Below are positions 31,034 to 43,048 of a DNA stretch of 64,000 bases, piece by piece. Made by a program: the position numbers and the translations under genes. Origin of the DNA: an uncultured Clostridia bacterium (GTDB taxonomy: Bacteria; Bacillota; Clostridia; TANB77; CAG-508); assembly GCA_934178475.1 (NCBI GenBank), contig CAKPQH010000003.1, forward strand, positions 50,315 through 114,314, given 5' to 3'. Each line of letters begins with the position of its first letter. Position 1 is the stretch's first letter. The notes under the pieces are model-generated. The model saw nothing but the letters and a program-made list of their open reading frames with translations. It made no database searches and was not told where the DNA came from.

Positions 31034-31164
31034 GGATATATAATTATTTTAGAAAAAAATAGTTGTATATTTTTATATTTAATGGTAATATATAGTTTGA
31101 AAAAATAGAATTAAAATTTATAATACTATAATTATTAAAAGTGTTAAGATAGAGAGGTTTATTT

Positions 31165-31839
31165 ATGATAATAGTTATGTTAGGAGCACCTGGTACAGGT
31201 AAAGGAACAGTTGGAAATTTACTTTCAAGAGAGTTTAATATACCACATATTTCAAGTGGAGAAATATTCAGAAGTTATATAAAAAAAGATGAAAAGTTAG
31301 GAAAAAAGATTGAGGAATATGTATCAGTAGGAGCATTGGTTCCAGATGAGCTTACAATTGAAATATTAAAAGCTAGATTTGAAGAAGATGACACAGTAAA
31401 TGGATTTGTTTTGGATGGATTTCCAAGAACAATAAAACAAGCTGAATATTTAGATGAATTATTAAAAAAAGAGGATAAGAGAATTAATGTAGTAGTGGAT
31501 TTAAGTTTATCGGATGATGAAATAGTAGATAGAATAACAAAAAGAAGAACATGCCCTAATCCAGACTGTAGGGAAATTTATAACCTTGACTTTAAAAGAC
31601 CTGAAGTTGATGGTATTTGTGATAGATGTGGAAGCAAGCTTATTATAAGAGAAGACGATAATGAAGAAACTATAAGAAAAAGATTATTAAATTATCATAA
31701 TATATCAGAGGGACTTATTAATTATTATAAAGAAAAAGATATTTTATATACTGTTAAACTTAATAATGAATCTAATAGAGTTTCAAGCGATGTTGCAATT
31801 GAAATAAAAGATTATTTAAATAAATTAAAGAATGTATAA
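31165..31839 (+). CDS. adk: Adenylate kinase (long form with a Zn-ribbon LID)
   Basis: GAPGTGKGT P-loop and Cys-x-x-Cys...Cys-x-x-Cys in the LID (CPNPDC...CDRCG). Confidence 0.9.
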   Translation: MIIVMLGAPGTGKGTVGNLLSREFNIPHISSGEIFRSYIKKDEKLGKKIEEYVSVGALVPDELTIEILKARFEEDDTVNGFVLDGFPRTIKQAEYLDELLKKEDKRINVVVDLSLSDDEIVDRITKRRTCPNPDCREIYNLDFKRPEVDGICDRCGSKLIIREDDNEETIRKRLLNYHNISEGLINYYKEKDILYTVKLNNESNRVSSDVAIEIKDYLNKLKNV

Positions 31840-31863
31840 GGAAAGTAATGGTGTTTATTTTAA

Positions 31864-33006
31864 ATGAAAAAGTATATATGTATTACAATAGGGAGCATCT
31901 TTTTATTAATTGTTGTAGCTATATGTGTGTTTGATTTTAAATCAATAAACAAAGAAGTTCAAGTTGGAGAAATATATGAACCTCCAAAAATAAAGTTTTT
32001 ATGGATTGATATATCTGATAATTTAAAAAAAAATGAAAAAAGTTTTATAGATATAAATAAAATTGGAGAATATACAATAAAATATAAACTAAATGGATGT
32101 GTGTTTATTTATAAAAATGTAAAAGTTAAAGTTGTGGATAAAATAGCACCTGAAATAACATTGAAAGGTACCGAAAATTATACTCTTTTAGGAGAACTAA
32201 ATGAATATGAAGAACTGGGATATACAGCAATAGATAATTATGATGGAGATATAGCGGATAAAGTGCAAAGAAAAGCAGTTAAATTAGGAAATAATAAATA
32301 TGAAATAACATATAAAGTTTCTGATTCATCGGGAAATGAGACAGAAGCTAAAAGAAAGGTTGAAGTATCTAAGGGAATTGTGTATTTGACTTTTGATGAT
32401 GGACCATCAATTGAAAATACAACTCAGATATTGGATATTTTAAAAGAAAAAAATGCCAAAGCAACATTCTTTGTTATTAATTATTCAGAGGATAAAGAAG
32501 ATATTATAAGAAGAGAATATGATGAGGGACATACAATAGGACTTCATGGTTATTCGCATGATTATAATCAAATATATACTTCGATAGATAGTATAATGAA
32601 TAATTTTTATTCTATAAGAGAAAAAGTTAGTAAAACACTTAATGGATATAATTCTAAATATATAAGGTTTCCTGGAGGTGGTTCTAATACAATAAGTAGA
32701 AATTATTGCCCAGGAATTATGAGTGAGGCAACACAAAGAGTTTTAAATGAAGGATTTTATTACTACGATTGGAATGTTGATGTAGACGATGCTGGAAGAG
32801 CAAGAACGAGTGAAGAAATATATCAGAATTTTGTAAATGGAGTAAAGCCTAAAAGAGAAAATATAGTTCTTTTGCACGATTCTGCTGGACATAAAGCGAC
32901 AGCAGATGCGGTAGGAGCTATTGTGGATTATGGATTACAAATGGGATTTGAATTTAGAAATATAACAGATGATACTAAGAGAATTATGCATAAAGTAAAT
33001 AATTAA
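31864..33006 (+). CDS. Polysaccharide deacetylase (CE4 NodB domain) with an N-terminal signal-anchor and an Ig-like domain
   Basis: NodB motifs TFDDGP and HGYSH...LHD. An N-terminal TM helix is present. Confidence 0.75.
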   Translation: MKKYICITIGSIFLLIVVAICVFDFKSINKEVQVGEIYEPPKIKFLWIDISDNLKKNEKSFIDINKIGEYTIKYKLNGCVFIYKNVKVKVVDKIAPEITLKGTENYTLLGELNEYEELGYTAIDNYDGDIADKVQRKAVKLGNNKYEITYKVSDSSGNETEAKRKVEVSKGIVYLTFDDGPSIENTTQILDILKEKNAKATFFVINYSEDKEDIIRREYDEGHTIGLHGYSHDYNQIYTSIDSIMNNFYSIREKVSKTLNGYNSKYIRFPGGGSNTISRNYCPGIMSEATQRVLNEGFYYYDWNVDVDDAGRARTSEEIYQNFVNGVKPKRENIVLLHDSAGHKATADAVGAIVDYGLQMGFEFRNITDDTKRIMHKVNN

Positions 33007-33146
33007 AATCAATATGAAAAAAATTAAGGAATTTCTTAAAAATACTTGAATTTAGTTAGAGAATGTTATAGAATAATTTTGCCAATGACTGGCAATAATA
33101 TATTAAAAAGCATGCAATATAATGTGTGCAAAAGGAGGAATTTTAA

Positions 33147-34163
33147 ATGGCAGTTAAAGTAGCTATTAATGGTTTTGGAAGAATAGGACGTTTGGCTTTT
33201 AGACAAATGTTTGGAGCAGAAGGATATGAAATCGTTGCAATAAATGATTTAACAAGTCCAAAAATGTTAGCTCATTTATTAAAATATGATTCAGCTCAAG
33301 GAAGATATGAAAAAGCAGATACAGTTTCAGCAGGAGAAGATTCTATAACAGTAGATGGAAAAACAATAAAAATATATGCTAAAGCTGATGCAAATGAACT
33401 TCCATGGGGAGAAATTGGAGTAGATGTTGTACTTGAATGTACAGGATTCTATACAAGTAAAGAAAAGGCAACTGCACATATAAACGCAGGAGCTAAAAAA
33501 GTAGTTATTTCTGCACCAGCTGGAAATGATTTACCAACAATAGTTTATGGAGTTAATGAAAAAATATTGAGTGCTGATGACAAAATTATTTCTGCAGCTT
33601 CTTGTACAACCAACTGTTTAGCACCTATGGCAAAAGCATTAAATGATTATGCTGAAATACAATCAGGTATAATGACAACAGTTCATGCTTATACAGGTGA
33701 TCAAATGTTATTAGATGGACCTCATAGAAAAGGAGATTTAAGAAGAGCAAGAGCAGCAGCTTCAAATATTGTACCTAACTCTACAGGTGCTGCCAAAGCT
33801 ATAGGATTAGTTATACCAGAACTTAATGGAAAATTAATCGGTTCAGCTCAAAGAGTTCCAGTAGTAACGGGTTCAACAACAATATTAACAGCAGTTGTTA
33901 AAGGAACAGATATAACAGTAGACTCTATAAATGCTGCTATGAAAAAAGAAGAAAGCGAATCTTTCGGATATACTGAAGAATTATTAGTTTCTTCAGATGT
34001 TATTGGAATGAGATATGGATCTTTATTTGATGCAACTCAAACAATGGTTACTAAAATAGAAGATGGATTATATCAAGTTCAAGTAGTATCTTGGTATGAC
34101 AACGAAAATTCTTATACTAGCCAAATGGTTAGAACAATTAAGTATTTCGCTGAATTAGGATAG
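33147..34163 (+). CDS. gap: Glyceraldehyde-3-phosphate dehydrogenase
   Basis: [12 protein letters not shown] motif and [10 protein letters not shown] active site. Confidence 0.92.
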   Translation: MAVKVAINGFGRIGRLAFRQMFGAEGYEIVAINDLTSPKMLAHLLKYDSAQGRYEKADTVSAGEDSITVDGKTIKIYAKADANELPWGEIGVDVVLECTGFYTSKEKATAHINAGAKKVVISAPAGNDLPTIVYGVNEKILSADDKIISAASCTTNCLAPMAKALNDYAEIQSGIMTTVHAYTGDQMLLDGPHRKGDLRRARAAASNIVPNSTGAAKAIGLVIPELNGKLIGSAQRVPVVTGSTTILTAVVKGTDITVDSINAAMKKEESESFGYTEELLVSSDVIGMRYGSLFDATQTMVTKIEDGLYQVQVVSWYDNENSYTSQMVRTIKYFAELG

Positions 34164-34176
34164 GATTTTTAAAGTA

Positions 34177-34210
34177 GGGTCTAGGAAACTAAATTTACTA
34201 GACCCTTTTG
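34177..34210 (+). terminator. Hairpin gggtctag...ctagaccc plus TTTTG between gap and pgk. A terminator or attenuator
   Basis: The inverted repeat is read from the sequence. Differential gap versus pgk expression is commonly achieved this way. Confidence 0.45.
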
Positions 34211-34235
34211 AACGTGAAAGGAAGATGAGTTTTAA

Positions 34236-35417
34236 ATGAGTAAAAAAACAATAAGGGATATTGATTTAAAAGGTAAAAAAGTATTGGTAAGATGTGACTT
34301 TAATGTGCCAATGGACGAAAATCAAAATATTACAGACAATAGAAGAATTGTTGCAGCTTTACCAACAATAAAATATTTGTTAGAACAAAATTGTAAAATA
34401 ATATTAGCGTCACATTTAGGAAGACCAAAGGGAGAATTTAAACCAGAATTTTCTTTAGCACCAATTGCCAAAGAATTATCAAAATTATTAGGTAAAGAAG
34501 TAATTATGGCAAAAGATGTTATTGGAGAAGATGCTACATCAAAAGCAAATAACTTAAAAGAAGGAGAAATCTTACTCCTTGAAAATGTAAGATTCCATAG
34601 AGAAGAAACAGATAATGATACAGAATTTGCTAAAAAACTTGCATCTATGGCAGAAATATTTGTAAATGATGCATTTGGAACAGCTCATAGAGCACATGCT
34701 TCTACAGAAGGCGTAGCACATTTCTTGCCAGCTGTATCAGGATTTTTAATTGAAAAAGAGTTAAAATTTTTGGGAGATGCTTTAAATAATCCTGTAAGAC
34801 CTTTTGTTGCTATTTTAGGAGGAGCTAAGGTTTCTGATAAAATAGGAGTAATTGATAGCTTATTAGATAAAGTTGATGTTTTAATGATTGGTGGAGGAAT
34901 GGCATATACATTCTTTAAAGCACAAGGATATGAAGTAGGTAATTCTTTATGTGAGCCAGATAAATGCGATTTAGCTAATGAGTTAATGGAAAAAGCTAAA
35001 AATAAAGGTGTTAAATTAATTTTACCAGTTGATACTGTTGTGGGAAAAGAATTTAAACCAGATACTGAAAGTAAAACTGTTGCATGGACAGACATCCCAG
35101 AAGGATGGGAAGGATTTGATATAGGAGCTAAAACTATAGATATATTTAAAGATGAACTTAAAAAAGCTAAAACAGTAATTTGGAATGGACCTTTAGGATT
35201 ATTCGAATTTGACCAATTTGCTGTTGGAACAAATTCTATAGCAAAAGCTTTAGCTGAAATTGATGCCACAACTATAATAGGTGGAGGAGATTCAGCAGCA
35301 GCAGTAGAAAAAGCAGGATTAGCTGATAAAATGACACACATTTCTACAGGAGGAGGAGCTTCATTAGAATTCCTAGAAGGAAAGAAACTTCCTGGAATAG
35401 AAGCTTTAATGGATTAA
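34236..35417 (+). CDS. pgk: Phosphoglycerate kinase
   Basis: Typical N-terminus ([12 protein letters not shown]) and full-length match. Confidence 0.92.
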   Translation: MSKKTIRDIDLKGKKVLVRCDFNVPMDENQNITDNRRIVAALPTIKYLLEQNCKIILASHLGRPKGEFKPEFSLAPIAKELSKLLGKEVIMAKDVIGEDATSKANNLKEGEILLLENVRFHREETDNDTEFAKKLASMAEIFVNDAFGTAHRAHASTEGVAHFLPAVSGFLIEKELKFLGDALNNPVRPFVAILGGAKVSDKIGVIDSLLDKVDVLMIGGGMAYTFFKAQGYEVGNSLCEPDKCDLANELMEKAKNKGVKLILPVDTVVGKEFKPDTESKTVAWTDIPEGWEGFDIGAKTIDIFKDELKKAKTVIWNGPLGLFEFDQFAVGTNSIAKALAEIDATTIIGGGDSAAAVEKAGLADKMTHISTGGGASLEFLEGKKLPGIEALMD

Positions 35418-35449
35418 GATAAAAATATTTTGTAAAGGAGAGAAATATT

Positions 35450-35653
35450 ATGGGAACGAAAGAAACAAAAACAAGTAATAAAAAGAATGCTAATAGTAAT
35501 GAAAATTCATCAATGAAGGTTTTAATAGCTATGATTATATTATTTGTAATCGTTTTAGGAGTAGTTTTATTTTACTATTATCCTAAAAACAAAGCTTTAA
35601 AAGATAATACGAGTAATAAAACTGTTACAATAAATACTGTTAATAGTAAGTAG
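35450..35653 (+). CDS. Small single-TM protein (67 aa) between pgk and tpiA. Hypothetical
   Basis: It has an RBS aaaggagag and one hydrophobic helix. There is no homology I can name. Confidence 0.3.
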   Translation: MGTKETKTSNKKNANSNENSSMKVLIAMIILFVIVLGVVLFYYYPKNKALKDNTSNKTVTINTVNSK

Positions 35654-35678
35654 TATTTATCTATAAGGGGGAATTGAT

Positions 35679-36431
35679 TTGAGAAGAAAAGTAATTGCAG
35701 GAAATTGGAAAATGAATATGCTTCCAAATGAAGCTATATCTATGATAACAAATTTAGCACCTTTAGTTAAAGATTCAGAAAATGAAGTTGTTTTGTGTAT
35801 GCCATATGTAGATTTATTTTATGGATTACTTACAGTTCAAGATACAAATATAAAAGTTGGTGCACAAAATATGCATTTTGAAGAAAAAGGTGCATATACA
35901 GGAGAAGTTTCAGGAAAAATGCTAAATTCAATTGGAGTTGAATATGTTATAATAGGACATTCTGAAAGAAGACAATATTTTAATGAAACTGATGAAACTG
36001 TAAATAAAAAAATAAAAGCCGCTTTTGCAAATAATTTAAAACCAATAGTCTGTGTTGGTGAGACATTAGAACAAAGAGAATCTGGAGTTGCTTTTGATAT
36101 TATAACTGCTCAAGTTGAAAAAGCATTTGAAGGACTTGATGAAAAGAAAGCAGAAAAAACAATAATAGCATATGAGCCAATTTGGGCGATAGGAACAGGC
36201 AAGACGGCAACTAAAGAAGATGCAAATGAAGCTTGTCACAAAATACGTGAGAAGATTGCTGAATTATATGGAAAAGATGTAGCAGAAAAAATAATAATAC
36301 AATATGGTGGTAGTATGAAACCATCAAATGCAAAAGAACTTTTAGAAATGCCTGATATAGATGGAGGACTAATAGGAGGAGCAAGTCTAAAACCGGAAGA
36401 TTTTTCTAAAATAGTTAATTATAATAAATAA
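35679..36431 (+). CDS. tpiA: Triosephosphate isomerase
   Basis: AGNWKMN and [11 protein letters not shown] motifs. Confidence 0.92.
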   Translation: MRRKVIAGNWKMNMLPNEAISMITNLAPLVKDSENEVVLCMPYVDLFYGLLTVQDTNIKVGAQNMHFEEKGAYTGEVSGKMLNSIGVEYVIIGHSERRQYFNETDETVNKKIKAAFANNLKPIVCVGETLEQRESGVAFDIITAQVEKAFEGLDEKKAEKTIIAYEPIWAIGTGKTATKEDANEACHKIREKIAELYGKDVAEKIIIQYGGSMKPSNAKELLEMPDIDGGLIGGASLKPEDFSKIVNYNK

Positions 36432-36465
36432 ATGTAGCAAAGAAAGATTTAGGAGGAATTTAACA

Positions 36466-38004
36466 ATGGAAAACAATGTAACAATGCTAATGATATTAGA
36501 TGGGTTTGGTAATAATTCGAATAAAGAAGGAAATGCAGTTAAACTTGCTAATACACCTAATATTGATAAACTAATGAAAAAATATCCAACAACACAAATT
36601 GCAGCAAGTGGCTTGGCGGTTGGATTACCAGAGGGACAAATGGGTAATTCAGAAGTTGGTCATACAAATATCGGAGCTGGTAGAATTATATATCAAGAAT
36701 TAACAAAAATAACAAAGTCAATAGAAGATGGAGATTTTTTTACAAATCAAGAGTTTATAAATGCGATTGAAAATTGTAAAAAGAATAATTCAAAATTACA
36801 CATTTTAGGATTAGTATCTGATGGAGGTGTTCATAGTCATAATAGACATTTATACGGTCTTTTAGAAATGGCAAAAAGAAGAGATTTTGAAAATGTGTAT
36901 GTACATTGTTTCTTAGATGGAAGAGATACTCCTCCAGCATCAGCAGAAAATTATATAGTTGAATTAGAAGAAAAAATGAAAGAAAAAGGAATTGGAAAAA
37001 TTGCGACATTATCAGGAAGATTTTATAGTATGGATAGAGATAAACGTTGGCAAAGAGTTCAAAAGGCATATGATGCAATGGTCAATGGAGAAGGTATAAA
37101 ATCAGGAAATCCTATAAATGCAATTGAAAGTTCTTATCAAAAAGAAGTTTTTGATGAGTTTGTTGAACCTACAGTTATAACTAATAGTGAAGGAAAGCCT
37201 CTTGCTACTATAGAGGATGGAGATTCTGTAATATTCTTTAACTTTAGACCTGATAGAGCAAGAGAAATAACAAGAGCTATTGTAGATCCTAACTTTGATG
37301 GTTTTGAAACTAAAAAAATTAATACTTATTTTGTATGTTTTACAAGTTATGATGAAACTATGCCTAATGTGCATATTGCTTTTGAAAAAGAAGCAATAAA
37401 AAATACTCTTGGAGAAATAGTAAGTAAGCATAATTTGAAACAACTTAGAATTGCTGAAACTGAAAAATATGCTCATGTAACATTTTTCTTTAATGGTGGA
37501 GAAGAAAAATGTTATGAGGGAGAAGATAGAATATTAGTTCCATCTCCAAAAGTTGAAACTTATGATATGAAACCTGAAATGAGTGCATATGAAGTAACTG
37601 ACAAGGTTGTAGAGGCTATAAAATCTGGAAAATATAATTGTATAATATTAAATTATGCAAACCCAGACATGGTTGGACATACAGGAAATTTAAATGCTGC
37701 AATAAAAGCTATTGAAGCAATTGATGAATGTGTAGAAAGAGTTTATGAAGCAATAGAAGAAAAACATGGTAATTTAATGATAACTGCTGATCATGGAAAC
37801 GCAGAACAAATGATTGATTATAAAACAGGAGAACCTCAAACAGCTCATACAACAAACTTAGTGCCATTGGTGCTTATAACTGAAAATGAAAATATAAAAT
37901 TACATGAAGGTAAACTTGCTGATTTAGCACCTACAATATTAGAATTAATGAATATTGAAAAACCTGTTGAAATGACAGGAGAAAGTTTAATAGAGAAGGA
38001 ATAG
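36466..38004 (+). CDS. gpmI: 2,3-bisphosphoglycerate-independent phosphoglycerate mutase
   Basis: MILDGFG...NSEVGH and ADHGN motifs. 512 aa. Confidence 0.92.
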   Translation: MENNVTMLMILDGFGNNSNKEGNAVKLANTPNIDKLMKKYPTTQIAASGLAVGLPEGQMGNSEVGHTNIGAGRIIYQELTKITKSIEDGDFFTNQEFINAIENCKKNNSKLHILGLVSDGGVHSHNRHLYGLLEMAKRRDFENVYVHCFLDGRDTPPASAENYIVELEEKMKEKGIGKIATLSGRFYSMDRDKRWQRVQKAYDAMVNGEGIKSGNPINAIESSYQKEVFDEFVEPTVITNSEGKPLATIEDGDSVIFFNFRPDRAREITRAIVDPNFDGFETKKINTYFVCFTSYDETMPNVHIAFEKEAIKNTLGEIVSKHNLKQLRIAETEKYAHVTFFFNGGEEKCYEGEDRILVPSPKVETYDMKPEMSAYEVTDKVVEAIKSGKYNCIILNYANPDMVGHTGNLNAAIKAIEAIDECVERVYEAIEEKHGNLMITADHGNAEQMIDYKTGEPQTAHTTNLVPLVLITENENIKLHEGKLADLAPTILELMNIEKPVEMTGESLIEKE

Positions 38005-38006
38005 GA

Positions 38007-38681
38007 ATGCTTAGAACTACGAAATCTATGAAAGAAAAATATGAACAGATACAAAGCTGTTTATTTGATATAATACCTGAAAAATGGGAAGAAATATATT
38101 TATATACATCTGTAATCGAAATTAATAAAAGATTATCTGGAGAATTATATTTTTATTATCTTCCCAAAGGGTTTATAAGAAAAAAATTAATTAATGTCTA
38201 TGAAGTACCATCTAGATTTAATATTGATGAAGAACAATATATGAAATTAGTAAAAAAATTATTTGATGCTATAAAAAGTTTGAGGCAAGATTTTGTTGAT
38301 ACTGAACAGAAAATATGGACTAATTTAACTATTGTTGTTGCTAATTGTAGGTTTAAAGTAGAATATGGTTATGAACCAATAAAACTTACAGAAGAAGATA
38401 CAAATAGAAGACATATAATATGGAAATATAAGTATCTAGGGTTAGGTGGAGAAATAAAAGAAGAAAGAAAAATATTAGATAGGTATTTTTCAAAGGAAAT
38501 GATAACGGAACCCAAGAAAGAAGTTTATGAGGCAGGTTTATATTTAAAAAAAGTAAATAATATAATAGATTTTGATAGAGAACAAAAAGAGGAATTTGTT
38601 CGCGATGACGGCATTGAAAAAACAGAAAACAATAAAGAAGAAAATGTAAAAAGGAAAAGAAATCAAATTCTAAATGATTGA
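38007..38681 (+). CDS. YezG/EsaG (DUF600)-like immunity-protein-family member with a C-terminal extension
   Basis: The N-terminal pattern IPEKWEEIYLYTSV...GELYFYY closely resembles the IPxEWEKVY...GEVFFxY signature I recall for DUF600/YezG. It starts 3 nt after gpmI. Confidence 0.4.
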   Translation: MLRTTKSMKEKYEQIQSCLFDIIPEKWEEIYLYTSVIEINKRLSGELYFYYLPKGFIRKKLINVYEVPSRFNIDEEQYMKLVKKLFDAIKSLRQDFVDTEQKIWTNLTIVVANCRFKVEYGYEPIKLTEEDTNRRHIIWKYKYLGLGGEIKEERKILDRYFSKEMITEPKKEVYEAGLYLKKVNNIIDFDREQKEEFVRDDGIEKTENNKEENVKRKRNQILND

Positions 38682-38744
38682 TATTTAAATAAGAGAAAGA
38701 CTTATTTTTATATAAAATACGTAAAACTGAAAGGAGCAATTAAA

Positions 38745-39437
38745 ATGATTTATTCAAAGGAATTAGAAGGAATGTGTTGTGTAGCAAAAGGAGTTGACCA
38801 TGGACCAGCACCAATTCCAGAAGAAGGAAAATGGGTAAAAGCTAAAGAAATAAAAGATATTTCTGGATTAACACATGGTATAGGATGGTGTGCACCACAA
38901 CAAGGTGGATGTAAACTAACATTAAATGTAAAGGAAGGAATTATACAAGAAGCTTTAATTGAGACTGTAGGATGTTCAGGTATGACACATTCAGCAGCTA
39001 TGGCAGGAGAAATTTTAACAGGAAAAACTATATTAGAAGCTTTAAATACAGATTTAGTTTGTGATGCTATAAATACTGCTATGAGAGAATTATTCTTACA
39101 AATAGTATATGGTAGAACTCAAACAGCTTTCTCAGAAGGAGGTCTTCCAGTAGGTGCTGGACTTGAAGATTTAGGAAAAGGACATACAAGTCAAGTTGGT
39201 ACTATTTATTCAAGTACTTTAAAAGGACCAAGATATTTAAATCTTGCTGAAGGATACATAGTAGAATTAGGATTAGACAAGGATGATCAAATAATTGGAT
39301 ATAAATATGTTCATATTGGAAAAATGATGGATAGTATCAAAAAAGGAATTGATCCAATGGAAGCTATAGAAAAAGCTTCTGGAACATATGGAAGATTTGA
39401 CGAAGCAGTTAAGAAAATAGATCCAAGAAAAGAATAG
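38745..39437 (+). CDS. IscU/NifU-N-like-domain protein, partner of the GGGtGRT protein
   Basis: GCKLTLNV...ALIETVGCSGMTHSAAMAGEILTGKTILEA resembles the IscU scaffold core. Confidence 0.4.
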   Translation: MIYSKELEGMCCVAKGVDHGPAPIPEEGKWVKAKEIKDISGLTHGIGWCAPQQGGCKLTLNVKEGIIQEALIETVGCSGMTHSAAMAGEILTGKTILEALNTDLVCDAINTAMRELFLQIVYGRTQTAFSEGGLPVGAGLEDLGKGHTSQVGTIYSSTLKGPRYLNLAEGYIVELGLDKDDQIIGYKYVHIGKMMDSIKKGIDPMEAIEKASGTYGRFDEAVKKIDPRKE

Positions 39438-39496
39438 AATTAATAATTTAGATATCACATGGTTAGTACACCATACAAATTTAAGGAGGAATAAAA

Positions 39497-40498
39497 ATGG
39501 CAGTAACATTTGAAAGTTATGAAAGAAGAATAGACCAAATAAAACCAGTTATGGAAAAGTATGGAATTAAAGATTTTGAAGAAGCATTAAAAATATGTAC
39601 AGATAAAGGTTTTAATCCATATGAAATAGTAAAAGGAATACAACCAATATGTTTTGAAAATGCATGTTGGGCATATACATTAGGAGCAGCTATTGCTATA
39701 AAGAAAGGTTGCACAAAAGCTCATGAAGCAGCAAAAGCTTTAGGAGAAGGATTACAAGCATTCTGTATACCAGGTTCTGTTGCAGATGACAGAAAAGTTG
39801 GATTAGGACATGGAAATTTAGCATCAATGCTTTTATCAGAAGATACAAAATGTTTTGCATTTTTAGCAGGACATGAAAGTTTTGCAGCAGCAGAAGGAGC
39901 AATTGGTATAGCTAAATCTGCTAATAAAGTAAGAAAAACACCTTTAAGAGTTATCTTAAACGGATTAGGAAAAGATGCAGCACAAGTAATTTCAAGAATA
40001 AATGGATTTACATATGTAAAAACTGATTTTGATTTCTATACAGGAAAAGTAAATGTAGTAGAGGAAATACCATATTCAGATGGTGAAAGATCAAAAGTTA
40101 GATGTTATGGTGCAAATGATGTTAGAGAAGGAGTAGCTATAATGTGGCTAGAAGATGTAGATGTATCTATTACAGGTAACTCTACAAACCCAACAAGATT
40201 CCAACATCCAGTTGCAGGTACATATAAGAAAGAAAGAATTGAAGCAGGAAAGAAATATTTCTCAGTTGCCTCAGGTGGAGGAACAGGAAGAACTTTACAT
40301 CCTGATAATATGGCAGCTGGACCAGCTTCTTATGGTATGACAGATACTATGGGTAGAATGCATTCAGATGCTCAATTTGCAGGAAGTTCATCAGTTCCAG
40401 CACACGTTGAAATGATGGGATTAATAGGAATGGGTAATAACCCAATGGTAGGCGCTTCAGTTGCAGTTGCTGTTGCAGTAGAAGAAGCTATGAAATAA
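39497..40498 (+). CDS. GGGtGRT-family protein, conserved and of unknown function
   Basis: It contains the literal signature SVASGGGTGRTLHPDN. Confidence 0.6.
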   Translation: MAVTFESYERRIDQIKPVMEKYGIKDFEEALKICTDKGFNPYEIVKGIQPICFENACWAYTLGAAIAIKKGCTKAHEAAKALGEGLQAFCIPGSVADDRKVGLGHGNLASMLLSEDTKCFAFLAGHESFAAAEGAIGIAKSANKVRKTPLRVILNGLGKDAAQVISRINGFTYVKTDFDFYTGKVNVVEEIPYSDGERSKVRCYGANDVREGVAIMWLEDVDVSITGNSTNPTRFQHPVAGTYKKERIEAGKKYFSVASGGGTGRTLHPDNMAAGPASYGMTDTMGRMHSDAQFAGSSSVPAHVEMMGLIGMGNNPMVGASVAVAVAVEEAMK

Positions 40499-40510
40499 TT
40501 TTATGATAAA

Positions 40511-40546
40511 GAACACTTTGCTATTAGGCGAAAGTGTTCTTTTTTA
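40511..40546 (+). terminator. Rho-independent terminator
   Basis: gaacactttcg...cgaaagtgttc plus T6. Confidence 0.65.
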
Positions 40547-40595
40547 TATTCTTTAAAATGTATACTTTTTTTTGTAAGGTGAATAATATAATTAA

Positions 40596-41906
<1,311 letters not shown>

Positions 41907-41988
41907 TATAAAAAATAACTAATTTTAAGTATAAATTTCCTCTAATTGTAAATAATACAATTAAAAGTTGATAGGAGGAATTTATATT

Positions 41989-42789
41989 ATGAGAAGAGAT
42001 ATAAGAAGACAAAAAAGAATGGATAATACAGTTATTTTGAGTATTGTGTGTGCAATATTAATTTTAGTTGGAATAGTAACATATGTTATTAAAAATTATT
42101 TAGAAAAAGAAAATAATTCAAGCTTGAATTTGCAAGAGGATCTTGCAATATTAGAAAATGCTGATATAAAAGATACAAGTACTGAATATGGTAAAACTGT
42201 TGAAGAATCTAAAGAAGAGATTATAGATGGTGAAACTTTAAAAGAAGAAAAAGATTCTACTAATACTAGTAAAGCAGAAAATACAACTTCTACTAGTAAG
42301 AAAGCAGAAACTAAAAAAGAAGAAAATAGTACAAATGTTGTAACTACTAAACCTGTTCAAGAAGAAAAGAAAAAAGAATTAACATTCAAAGCTCCAGTAA
42401 AAGGTGAGATTTTAAGAGAATATGCAGTTGAGAATTTAGTATATTCTGAAACTTTAAAAGAATGGATAACACATAATGGTATTGATATAAAGGCAGATAA
42501 GACAACTGTTGTAACAGCAGCAGCACCTGGTAAAGTATATGCAATAAAAAATGACCCTAGATATGGCCTAACTGTTATTATTGAACATGATGATGGATTT
42601 AAAACAGTATATTCAAATCTTTTAACAGCTGAATTTGTGGTTGAAGGTGAGAATGTAGAAGAAGGTCAAACAATCGGTACAGTTGGTAGCTCAGGTGCTT
42701 TTGAAATAAGTGATGATTACCATTTACATTTTGAGATGTTAAAAGATGATGCATATGTAAATCCAACAACATATATTAATTTTGATTAG
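41989..42789 (+). CDS. M23/LytM-family metallopeptidase-domain membrane protein (N-terminal TM, Lys/Glu/Thr-rich linker). Possibly SpoIIQ-like
   Basis: C-terminal LytM domain (HNGIDI, GKVYAI, HLHFEM). The SpoIIQ idea is a guess based on architecture only. Confidence 0.6.
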   Translation: MRRDIRRQKRMDNTVILSIVCAILILVGIVTYVIKNYLEKENNSSLNLQEDLAILENADIKDTSTEYGKTVEESKEEIIDGETLKEEKDSTNTSKAENTTSTSKKAETKKEENSTNVVTTKPVQEEKKKELTFKAPVKGEILREYAVENLVYSETLKEWITHNGIDIKADKTTVVTAAAPGKVYAIKNDPRYGLTVIIEHDDGFKTVYSNLLTAEFVVEGENVEEGQTIGTVGSSGAFEISDDYHLHFEMLKDDAYVNPTTYINFD

Positions 42790-43048
42790 TATTATTGAAA
42801 TGTAATGAAATTGTAAAATAAATGTAAAAGTAATGTTGTTGACAAAAGGTAAAAGAATATGTAAAAATAGATGTAGAAAGAAAAAAAGTAAAAAATGCAA
42901 AAAGTAGAAAATACGTATCTCCTGACGCTCTAAGAGAAAAAACAATAATTTATTAAATGAAGCAAATAGAACAAATATAAGAAATAAGGCTAGCTTATTG
43001 TTAAAATGGCAATAAGTTTTTAGTCTTATTAAGGAGGATAAGATAGAA

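Noticed and set aside
35450-35653. SecG
   Set aside because: SecG normally follows the glycolytic genes in Firmicutes and has two TM helices. This ORF has one and no SecG motifs.
41989-42789. Firm SpoIIQ assignment for the M23 protein
   Set aside because: The architecture (N-terminal TM plus LytM domain with intact His ligands) fits clostridial SpoIIQ. It equally fits generic M23 endopeptidases. There is no synteny evidence in this window.
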